A stretch of 32,000 nt of DNA. Origin: Blastochloris viridis (GTDB lineage Bacteria > Pseudomonadota > Alphaproteobacteria > UBA2136 > UBA6156). The notes under the pieces were generated by a model. That model ran no database searches, was not told the DNA's origin, and saw nothing but the letters and a program-made list of their open reading frames with translations. Below, piece after piece: positions 9,205-16,011 of this stretch; positions within the stretch are counted from its first letter, which is position 1; each line of letters starts with the position of its first letter. Position numbers and translations under genes: made by a program. The DNA lies in the NCBI GenBank assembly GCA_005768725.1, contig VAFM01000002.1, forward strand, positions 342,924-374,923, given 5' to 3'.

Positions 9205-9334
9205 AGCCTATGCTGCCATAATCTACAGCGGCGCACCACCGTGCCGCCGAAACTCTTGCCTAACCCTGCACCGCCCGTGTAAGTTAAGTTTTAATAACGC
9301 CCTATAAAAAGAAGAAACTAAAGGCTCCCCTATC

Positions 9335-9832
9335 ATGATGAACATGCAAAGCCGCCAAACCGAGAAGTCGACCACCATGCTGCATCAGTTGGTCACGTTC
9401 GAACTGTTTGGCGAGGTCTTCGCCCTGCCGATTCTCGACGTCCGCGAAATTATCCGTCTCACTGCCATTACACCGGTGCCGCAAGCCCCGTCGTTCGTTG
9501 AAGGCGTCATCAACCTGCGCGGCCAGATCATCCCGATCGTCGACCTGCGCAAGCGTTTCGGTGTCGATACCCAGGCCGCCACCGATGAAACCCGCATTAT
9601 CGTGGTCGAACTCGGCAACGGCATGGTCATCGGCCTGATCGTCGACGCCGTCCGCGAAGTGGAACGCATCCCGTCCGACAGCATCCTGCCGCCGCCGTCG
9701 CTGGTCGCTGGCTCCATCGGTTCCGAGTACATCAAGGGTATCTCCAACCACGAAGACAAGATGATCGTGCACATCGACATGCGTAAGGTCTTTAACAGTA
9801 ACGAGATGTCAGCCCTCGAAAGCGCTGCCTAA
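9335..9832 (+). CDS. cheW: Chemotaxis coupling protein CheW
   Basis: LVTFELFGEVFALPILDVREII...VPQAPSFVEGVINLRGQIIPIVDLRKRFG is the CheW domain signature. The exact start among ATGs 9335-9344 is uncertain. Confidence 0.9.
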   Translation: MMNMQSRQTEKSTTMLHQLVTFELFGEVFALPILDVREIIRLTAITPVPQAPSFVEGVINLRGQIIPIVDLRKRFGVDTQAATDETRIIVVELGNGMVIGLIVDAVREVERIPSDSILPPPSLVAGSIGSEYIKGISNHEDKMIVHIDMRKVFNSNEMSALESAA

Positions 9833-9851
9833 ACCCTCGGAAAATCTGTTT

Positions 9852-9878
9852 AAACCCGCTCCGGCGGGTTTTCTTTTT
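9852..9878 (+). terminator. Rho-independent terminator after cheW
   Basis: AACCCGC-TCCG-GCGGGTT followed by TTTCTTTTT. Confidence 0.7.
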
Positions 9879-9939
9879 GACACGCTCGCCGCCATACCCT
9901 ACACACAGGGCTCCGAGTCCTCTCTTTCAGGAGCATCTC

Positions 9940-10065
9940 ATGCCCGCTTCCCCCGGTATCTGGCTGCTTCTGGCAGTTCTGGCTATTCTGATTCTTCTCG
10001 TATTCTTCATCCGCACGCCGGACACCACCATCCCTCCCACCATCGCCGACCGCGATCTCGATTGA
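9940..10065 (+). CDS. Small single-pass membrane peptide (41 aa), hypothetical
   Basis: AGGAG lies 6 nt upstream of the ATG at 9940. Sequence MPASPGIWLLLAVLAILILLVFFIRTPD... Its stop codon lies within the next gene's RBS. Confidence 0.45.
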   Translation: MPASPGIWLLLAVLAILILLVFFIRTPDTTIPPTIADRDLD

Positions 10066-10076
10066 AGGACATTCGT

Positions 10077-10523
10077 ATGTCATACGCCAAACAGTTACGC
10101 GTCACCTATGGCTGGCACAACCGCGGTACCGCGTGGTTTATGCTGTACATCACCGCACCGCTGGCCGGTATCTGCCTTTACAATCTCACGCAACCTCTCC
10201 TCGCTCTCGTGCTGGCGCTCACAGCTTCTCATGCACTGAAGAAAGCGGCCGAGCACGAACTCCGCTGCTATGGCACTCAGGCCCGCCATTCACGCTATCT
10301 GGGGCTTATACTGTTCCTTATCGGTGGCCCGGCGTGGGCACATGGGTACGAGGCCTTGCAAAATCCGCCACTGTGGTTCGCACTGGCCGGCTGCGCAGGG
10401 ATAAGCCTCGCCCTGACGATCATGCTCAAGAAAATCTACGTAGGCGTTCTCCTGGCGGAGTTGGAGCATAAATGCGTCGAGGAAGCCATTCGCCAGTGCC
10501 GCGCCACCATCACAGCGCACTGA
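10077..10523 (+). CDS. Hypothetical integral membrane protein (148 aa, about 4 TM)
   Basis: GAAGGA lies 7 nt upstream of the ATG at 10077. Four hydrophobic segments. Followed by a strong terminator. Confidence 0.6.
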   Translation: MSYAKQLRVTYGWHNRGTAWFMLYITAPLAGICLYNLTQPLLALVLALTASHALKKAAEHELRCYGTQARHSRYLGLILFLIGGPAWAHGYEALQNPPLWFALAGCAGISLALTIMLKKIYVGVLLAELEHKCVEEAIRQCRATITAH

Positions 10524-10551
10524 CGCACCTACCCGGTACTTACAACCGGTT

Positions 10552-10583
10552 CAAATCCGCCCTCATAGGGCGGATTTTCTTTT
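10552..10583 (+). terminator. Rho-independent terminator
   Basis: AAATCCGCCC-TCATA-GGGCGGATTT followed by TCTTTTG. Confidence 0.75.
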
Positions 10584-10644
10584 GCCCTTACCACCTAAAA
10601 GGCGTATACAAACATCAATTGTCATCCGCTCACAGAGGCCCGAC

Positions 10645-11052
10645 ATGACCCCTCATGTTTCCTTCCAAACCCACCGGTTCTGGCGCAATTTCATGTGTTT
10701 TTACGCCTTTATTACCGGTGTCATCTTTTATATAGCCTTCTGGAACGTCATCGCTGATGCCGAGCTCCTGAGGATCGTTCTGCCTGTCATCGCTTTAGCT
10801 ATCGTAGGCCTGATCGGGATTGCCGGGCACTGCCAGCGACGCGAGTACCCGGACGGCCTGATCCTGTCCACCCTGGTGCTCACCGTCATTGGTATATACG
10901 GCTGCATGAGCGTACTTTATTACACGCTCACCGACACCAACCCCACCCATGCCATTCCCATGGTCTTCATGGGGCTGAGCACCATGCTGGTCGCCCTGTT
11001 CCTCAAGAACATGGCGGCGGTCTTCCTCTTTTCCCGCAAGGACACCCCATGA
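10645..11052 (+). CDS. Hypothetical integral membrane protein (135 aa, about 4 TM)
   Basis: I prefer the ATG at 10645, preceded by AGAGG. The track's TTG start at 10582 lies inside the upstream terminator's T-run. Its stop overlaps the next gene's start (ATGA). Confidence 0.6.
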   Translation: MTPHVSFQTHRFWRNFMCFYAFITGVIFYIAFWNVIADAELLRIVLPVIALAIVGLIGIAGHCQRREYPDGLILSTLVLTVIGIYGCMSVLYYTLTDTNPTHAIPMVFMGLSTMLVALFLKNMAAVFLFSRKDTP

Positions 11053-11552
11053 ATCCCAAGCTGAAAGACTTCCTCACCGACGATTACCGCAGCTACAACG
11101 TGGTTCAGGCGATGAGCATTCTGCTGGCGTTGGTGGTCATCCATGCCTCGCCGGAATTCGATTTCGGCGCGGTCATTAATGGCTTCAAACAGCTGTTTGC
11201 AGGGAGTGCCGCACCGCTCTGGGACGCACTCAAGCACCAGTTCATTGCCTTGGCAGTAGCACTTGATACGCCGCTGTTCTGGGGCACGCTGGCAGCCTAT
11301 CTGATAGCGCTTGTCGTCAGCGTGTTCATCTACGCCCGGCATCGCATGTCAGACTCTCCGGTACGCGCCAGCTTCATGCTGCTCGCCATTCCCCTGCTGC
11401 TGCTGATTGCGTCGGCCGCCCGCTCAAACCTGTGGACGGCCTTCTCCATCATCGGTCCCATCGCGGTCATCATCCTGACCAGTGGGTTTCTGTACAATGC
11501 GGTGCTGGCCTTTATCCGTATCTATATTTTCCCTCTTGAACGACGCCTCTAA
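11049..11552 (+). CDS. Hypothetical integral membrane protein (167 aa, about 4-5 TM)
   Basis: ATGA overlap with the upstream ORF suggests translational coupling. Hydrophobic segments throughout. A terminator follows immediately. Confidence 0.65.
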   Translation: MNPKLKDFLTDDYRSYNVVQAMSILLALVVIHASPEFDFGAVINGFKQLFAGSAAPLWDALKHQFIALAVALDTPLFWGTLAAYLIALVVSVFIYARHRMSDSPVRASFMLLAIPLLLLIASAARSNLWTAFSIIGPIAVIILTSGFLYNAVLAFIRIYIFPLERRL

Positions 11553-11584
11553 GTCCGCCCCTTCGGGGGCGGACTCCCTTTTTA
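11552..11584 (+). terminator. Rho-independent terminator
   Basis: AGTCCGCCCC-TTCG-GGGGCGGACT followed by CCCTTTTT. Confidence 0.75.
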
Positions 11585-11597
11585 GACATACCCTCCA

Positions 11598-11622
11598 AAA
11601 CACAAAAGGGCCCGCAGGCCCC
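11598..11622 (-). terminator. Probable terminator of rpmE
   Basis: On the minus strand, GGGCC-TGCG-GGCCC (5-bp GC stem) is followed by TTTTGTGTTTTGG. Confidence 0.45.
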
Positions 11623-11642
11623 GTTTGTGGAAATCAAACAAT

Positions 11643-11870
11643 TTACTTGGCAGCAGAAGCGCCCTTGCCGTACTTGGTCATGAACTTCTCCATGCGGCCC
11701 ATGCTGTCCAAAACCTTGCGTTCGCCGGTGTAAGCCGGGTGGTTCTTGCTGTCGATAACCAGCTGGATACGGCCATCGGCTTCACCGTAGGTGGTGCGGG
11801 TCATGTACTCAACGCCGTCGGTCATCACGACCTTAACAAAGTGGTAGTTCGGGTGAATGTCTTTTTTCAT
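11643..11870 (-). CDS. rpmE: 50S ribosomal protein L31
   Basis: MKKDIHPNYHFVKVVMTDGVEYMTRTTYGE...HPAYTG. GGAGA RBS before the ATG at 11870. The track ORF's 32-aa N-terminal extension is not part of L31. Confidence 0.92.
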   Translation of the reverse strand: MKKDIHPNYHFVKVVMTDGVEYMTRTTYGEADGRIQLVIDSKNHPAYTGERKVLDSMGRMEKFMTKYGKGASAAK

Positions 11871-11970
11871 GGTCGTTTCTCCAATCTGGTTACGCCTGGT
11901 TCCGACCAGGCTCAATGGGGCCTTTTCGCCAAAAACGCCGTTAACGTCAAGTAAAATAATCCCCAAGCCA

Positions 11971-11994
11971 CAAAAAAGGACCCCTGCGGGGCCC
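11971..11994 (-). terminator. Rho-independent terminator after atpF
   Basis: On the minus strand, GGGCCCC-GCA-GGGGTCC is followed by TTTTTTGTG. Confidence 0.6.
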
Positions 11995-12009
11995 TTTTAA
12001 ACCAAAAGC

Positions 12010-12504
12010 CTAGTTCAGACCTTTAGCCAGAGCCTTATCGGTCAACTGGGCGGCAACCTTGCTGTCCACGCTGGTTTCCAGCAGCTTTTCAGCCACCAGA
12101 ACGGCGATTTCGGCCACATCCTTCTGAACGGAGCGCAAAGCTTCGTCGCGGGCGGCTTCAATGCTCTTGCGGGCATCTTCAGCCTTGCGGGCCAGTTCGG
12201 CTTCAACCTGACGGATACGCTCATTGGCGAGGGCTTCCGACTCGGCACGGGCCTTGGACACGATGTCGGCCGCTTCCTTCTTGGCCTGGGCCAGTTGGGC
12301 GGCGTATTCGGCTAAGGTGCCTTCAGCCTGCACGCGGCTGCGCTCGGCGGTGTCCAGATCGCTGGCGATCTGGGCGGCACGGGCATCCAGCACACCCAGC
12401 ACGCTGGGCACAACAAAGCGCCACATGATGCCGAGCAGGATGACAAACGCCACCGTGGTCCAGAAGTACTGGCTGTGCAGGTAGTCGAGAACGAAAAGTT
12501 CCAT
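12010..12504 (-). CDS. atpF: F0F1 ATP synthase subunit b
   Basis: N-terminal TM helix, then a long Ala/Glu/Lys/Arg-rich helix (AQIASDLDTAERSRVQAEG...). Position is directly after atpE. Confidence 0.88.
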   Translation of the reverse strand: MELFVLDYLHSQYFWTTVAFVILLGIMWRFVVPSVLGVLDARAAQIASDLDTAERSRVQAEGTLAEYAAQLAQAKKEAADIVSKARAESEALANERIRQVEAELARKAEDARKSIEAARDEALRSVQKDVAEIAVLVAEKLLETSVDSKVAAQLTDKALAKGLN

Positions 12505-12530
12505 GGCGTTTTCCCCTTAGGTAGCCGTAC

Positions 12531-12797
12531 TTAGAGTACGAACAGGATCAGGGCGGCGATGGCGAAGGCGAACAGAGCCACAGCTTCGATGAAACCGGCA
12601 CCGATATAGAAGTAGCTGCTCAGGCGCTCTTCAACGGACGGCTGACGGCCGACGGCTTCGAAGAACTTGCTGGCCATGATGCCGAGACCGATACCGGAAC
12701 CAGCCATGCTCAGGGCGGCGATACCGGCGCCGATGGCTTTCAGCATGGTCAGGTCAGTGGTGGCGGCAACGGTGGCAACGGTAGCTACGGGTTCCAT
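12531..12797 (-). CDS. atpE: F0F1 ATP synthase subunit c
   Basis: Two-helix proteolipid: GAGIAALSMAGSGIGLG ... RQP loop ... IGAGFIEAVALFAF, with the conserved carboxylate Glu. Confidence 0.92.
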   Translation of the reverse strand: MEPVATVATVAATTDLTMLKAIGAGIAALSMAGSGIGLGIMASKFFEAVGRQPSVEERLSSYFYIGAGFIEAVALFAFAIAALILFVL

Positions 12798-12940
12798 GGG
12801 TGTTTTCTCCTATTTGAAAATTCGTTGTTCATTAACTCTTGAATCTGCGGCCCTTATACCCAAACAGCTAAGCCGAGGCAAGCCTAAACTCGGCCTTTAT
12901 TGGCGAAATCAACTCCCGCAAACGCACCCAAAAAAGAAAT

Positions 12941-13071
12941 CCGGCGCGAAGCGCCGTTGCCCCTGCGCGCGCGACTACAAACGGCCATCCAGATGTGATT
13001 TGGCGAAACGCCGTGTACACGTAGTACACAAGATTTGACAAAGCGCGTCTGGGGGCCGTTTTAGCCCGCGC
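12941..13071 (+). repeat. Hairpin-repeat family copy A (long form, inner stem degenerate) in the atpB-atpE spacer
   Basis: Aligns end to end with copy B. By hand count, 42 of the first 50 positions and 22 of the last 24 are identical. Shares the CCGTGTAC-loop-GTACA apex. Strand shown is the orientation as aligned. Confidence 0.8.
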
Positions 13072-13105
13072 CATTGCAAAGCAAAAGGCGCCTCAGCGCC
13101 CTTTC

Positions 13106-13876
13106 TTAGTGCCCGTGAATACTCTGATTCAGATAAACACAGGTCAACACCGTGAAAATATACGCCTGCAGCAACGCCACGAACACTTCCAGAGCGGTGA
13201 TGGCCACCAGCACGATCAGCGGCACCACGGCACTCGGTGCCAGAGCATAGTTCAGGCTGCCGCCGCCATCCAGGGTCAGTCCCAGCAGCATGATGCAGAA
13301 CGCCGCGAATACTTTCAGCAGCACGTGACCGGCAACCATGTTGGCAGCAAGACGAACCGCGAGAGTGGCCGGACGCACCAGGAAGGAGATGATTTCCAGC
13401 GGAACCATCAGCGGCAGCAGCCACCACGGAGTGCCATGGGGCACAAACATCGCAAAGAAATGCAGGCCCTGCTTATACACGCCCACGGTTACGATCAGGA
13501 TGAACACCATGATGCCCATATAGGCGGTGGTGGTGATCTGGCTGGTCGCGGTAAAGCTGTGCGGTACCATCCCGATCAGGTTCAGCGCCGCAATGAACAG
13601 GAAGGTGGTGATAATCAGCGGAAAGAACGCCATCGCTTCGCGCCCGGCGGTCTTTTCGGTCAGGTTCTGGATGAACTCGAAGGTGATCTCCACGAACGCC
13701 TGCCAGCGGCCCGGCACCATGGCCATGCGCAGGGTACCCATCAGCATGATCAGGATGACCGACGCCACACCGATACCGGTCCACAGCGTCTGGTTGGTGA
13801 TGGAAAGATCGAAACCACCGAGCACCAGCGGGTGCAGCGGGATTACTTCAAATTGGTGGAGCGGATTCAAAGCCAT
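13106..13876 (-). CDS. atpB: F0F1 ATP synthase subunit a
   Basis: LAVRLAANMVAGHVLL, with the essential Arg, plus a multi-TM profile. Confidence 0.93.
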   Translation of the reverse strand: MALNPLHQFEVIPLHPLVLGGFDLSITNQTLWTGIGVASVILIMLMGTLRMAMVPGRWQAFVEITFEFIQNLTEKTAGREAMAFFPLIITTFLFIAALNLIGMVPHSFTATSQITTTAYMGIMVFILIVTVGVYKQGLHFFAMFVPHGTPWWLLPLMVPLEIISFLVRPATLAVRLAANMVAGHVLLKVFAAFCIMLLGLTLDGGGSLNYALAPSAVVPLIVLVAITALEVFVALLQAYIFTVLTCVYLNQSIHGH

Positions 13877-14094
13877 GCCAGCCTTCTAGCAACCCTCCCT
13901 CGTCCCGTCAACCGCACTGTGCATGCCCGCGCCACGGAAAAACCGTGGCCCCGCCGCAACACTTTCACCAACCTTACCGAAAAGAGCCAAGTAATTCATA
14001 AAATTAAACTCCGATGACAAACGCTTTGACCGATGCTAGCGTCAAACTTCCTGAAAAATCTCATGCCTGCTTTTACGTTTCTACGAGGATCCCC

Positions 14095-14340
14095 ATGGCA
14101 ACGCTTTACATACTGGGCAAGTATCTGCCGCTCTTCGCCGCAATCGCCCTCGCCAAATACCTTTACGACAACATGCCTGTCGGCCTTTCCGGCACAGACA
14201 GCACCATTGGTCTACCCTACGGAAGCTGGATTCTTCTGTTCGCAGTAGACATCGCACTGTTCGTCGTGTTCATCATCATGTGCATCAAAGATCCCATCTC
14301 CTTCTCGGGAGGGCTTCATGAAAACAAAACGCATGACTAA
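14095..14340 (+). CDS. Hypothetical small membrane protein (81 aa, 2 TM)
   Basis: GAGGA lies 5 nt upstream of the ATG at 14095. C-ending codon bias is consistent with coding. Sequence MATLYILGKYLPLFAAIALAKYLY...WILLFAVDIALFVVFIIMCI. An alternative ATG at 14014 has no RBS. Confidence 0.5.
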   Translation: MATLYILGKYLPLFAAIALAKYLYDNMPVGLSGTDSTIGLPYGSWILLFAVDIALFVVFIIMCIKDPISFSGGLHENKTHD

Positions 14341-14416
14341 ACACGCCGAACACGCGTTCAACATCGTCAAAGTCGGTGCGGCTTTTCTCTTCATTGCGTG
14401 CATGTTGTTTATCTGA
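14318..14416 (+). CDS. Candidate 32-aa membrane peptide (MKTKRMTKHAEHAFNIVKVGAAFLFIACMLFI)
   Basis: GGGAGGG lies 4-5 nt upstream of the ATG at 14318. It overlaps the 3' end of the previous ORF in another frame, and a terminator follows about 25 nt later. It was too short for the ORF track; I read it directly from the sequence. Confidence 0.35.
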   Translation: MKTKRMTKHAEHAFNIVKVGAAFLFIACMLFI

Positions 14417-14437
14417 ACATGACGCACACACACCTCC

Positions 14438-14467
14438 AAAAAGGCCGGACACACGTCCGGCCTTTTT
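14438..14467. terminator. Bidirectional Rho-independent terminator
   Basis: AAGGCCGGAC-ACAC-GTCCGGCCTT, flanked by an A-run on the left and a T-run on the right. It lies between the plus-strand small ORFs and the minus-strand atpI/Z-like gene. Confidence 0.65.
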
Positions 14468-14485
14468 GCGGTCTATACGCACGCT

Positions 14486-14734
14486 CTAGCGCGGGCGTCG
14501 TGCCACACTCACAATCCAGCTCACAAATCCCAGCACACCGCCCAGCAGCATCAGCCACGGCAGGCTGCCAAGCCAGCGGTCAAGGGCAAACCCAATGCCG
14601 CCCATCAGCATTACGGCCACAACCAGCCGTAACCCCACTTCCACACCGGCCATAGAAGAAACGCCACCCTGCGGCGGCGTCTCATTCTGCCCGGGCTTAC
14701 TTGGCCGGGGCGGCAGTGCCGGTAGCTTTGGCAT
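14486..14734 (-). CDS. AtpZ/AtpI-family small membrane protein (ATP synthase protein I-like)
   Basis: Two TM helices with GGIGFALDRWLGSLPWLMLLGGVLG, the pattern of the ATPase_gene1 family. The start is ambiguous: ATG 14734 overlaps dsbA by 38 nt, and ATG 14653 would give 55 aa. Confidence 0.55.
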   Translation of the reverse strand: MPKLPALPPRPSKPGQNETPPQGGVSSMAGVEVGLRLVVAVMLMGGIGFALDRWLGSLPWLMLLGGVLGFVSWIVSVARRPR

Positions 14735-15446
14735 AGGCAGCTTCCAGAATCGGCTTCACTTCTTCATACGGCGCAGCACCGTCAATCTTCACACCATTCA
14801 CAAAGGTGGTCGGGGTGCCACGGATACCCAAGGTCTCGGTGGCGGTCTTCTTGCTGGCAGCGACACGCTCATGCAGGTCGGCATCCTTCACACAGGCTTC
14901 CACCTTGGCGCCATCCATCCCGAAGCCGGCAGCCACGCTCTTGATCTGCCCGAGCGGATCATTGCTGGTGACGATATTCATCTGGTTCTTGAAAAAGGCT
15001 TCCACAATCCCGTAGTACTGCTGGGCCGGGGCACAGCGGGCTACCTTGGTGATACCCACCGCCATGTCATCCCACGCCAGGTCGCGCAGTACGTACTTCA
15101 CCTTACCGGTGGCCACCCAGTCCTTTTTCACCTGCGGCATGGTCTTCAGCGTAAAGTCGGCGCAGTGGCTGCAGGTCATGCTGGCGTATTCGATCATGGT
15201 CACGGGGGCCATCATGCTCCCCATCACGCGGTCACCGGGCTGAATCTCCAGCACATTGCCCACATTGGCTACAGGCTGAGCCGCCGCTGCCGGTTTGGCC
15301 GCTGCGGCAGGCTTGCTGACCGCCGCCTTGGCGCTATCGAACCAGCCGCTCAACCAGCCGCCGTTATCTGCCGCCCAAGCCGCGCCGCCAATCACGGCGA
15401 TCCCTACAAACACGGCCGCAACCGTAATCTTTTTCATCATGAACAA
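14697..15446 (-). CDS. DsbA-family periplasmic thiol:disulfide oxidoreductase
   Basis: Signal peptide MFMMKKITVAAVFVGIAVIGGAAWA. Thioredoxin-fold CSHC active site within YASMTCSHCADF. Confidence 0.85.
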   Translation of the reverse strand: MFMMKKITVAAVFVGIAVIGGAAWAADNGGWLSGWFDSAKAAVSKPAAAAKPAAAAQPVANVGNVLEIQPGDRVMGSMMAPVTMIEYASMTCSHCADFTLKTMPQVKKDWVATGKVKYVLRDLAWDDMAVGITKVARCAPAQQYYGIVEAFFKNQMNIVTSNDPLGQIKSVAAGFGMDGAKVEACVKDADLHERVAASKKTATETLGIRGTPTTFVNGVKIDGAAPYEEVKPILEAAYAKATGTAAPAK

Positions 15447-15450
15447 TCCC

Positions 15451-15993
15451 CTATTTCGTGTTCTTGTCGTTCAAAATCTGCGATCCCAGTCCGGCCAGCG
15501 CCGCACGCAGATCATCATCGCGCACACTTTTGCACAAGCTTGCGGCCTTGTCACCCACCGCTGCGTTGGGGGGCGCCACCGGTGCGGTGCGCATACCCGT
15601 GCCCTGCCCCTGCGAGCGCTTCAGGTCATGCCGTGTAATGCCGCGCACCTTGCTGATGGCGGCGTAACCCAACAGTTTCGCGATACTCTCCACGATCTGC
15701 GGTGTCACATAGTGCAGCTCCTGCTTGACGCCATCACTCACCACCGCCACGGTCAGCACGTCGCCCTTCACGCTTTCCGGGCAGCTGTACTCGGCCAGTA
15801 ACGGGCAGATCGCGCGCCAGTGCGGCACGATCTGTGCCAGTAAAACCCCTTGCTTGGCCAACGCAGGCTGCACCAGCGGGGCCAGCACATTGCCCAGTGC
15901 CACACCGCGTTTCATACGCTCACCGGTTGCCACCACAGCTCCGCTAGAGGTCTTCTTAACCCCAGCCTTGCCCTTAGGTGCAACTTCGCTCAT
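15451..15993 (-). CDS. DUF721 (DciA-like) domain protein
   Basis: IVPHWRAICPLLAEYSCPESVKGDVLTVAVVSDGVKQELHYVTPQIVESIAKLLG fits the DUF721 pattern. Divergent to mutY. Confidence 0.65.
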   Translation of the reverse strand: MSEVAPKGKAGVKKTSSGAVVATGERMKRGVALGNVLAPLVQPALAKQGVLLAQIVPHWRAICPLLAEYSCPESVKGDVLTVAVVSDGVKQELHYVTPQIVESIAKLLGYAAISKVRGITRHDLKRSQGQGTGMRTAPVAPPNAAVGDKAASLCKSVRDDDLRAALAGLGSQILNDKNTK

Positions 15994-16011
15994 AAACTCA
16001 CCCTAACAGAT

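Noticed and set aside
9231-9246. Sigma54-like GGCAC...TGC motif (minus strand) upstream of fliI
   Set aside because: The GG-to-GC spacing is one nucleotide short of the canonical -24/-12 arrangement and the TTGC element is incomplete. This is not enough to call a promoter.
10546-10560. GGTTCAAATCC, identical to a tRNA T-loop motif (possible tRNA fragment or att site)
   Set aside because: The flanking bases form only 3 bp of a T-stem, and no acceptor or anticodon arms are present. The sequence is part of the terminator hairpin after the 148-aa membrane protein gene.
12868-13074. 68-aa minus-strand ORF in the atpB-atpE spacer
   Set aside because: It lies over repeat copy A. The homologous copies B, C and D do not preserve any reading frame, so the conservation is at the nucleotide and structure level.
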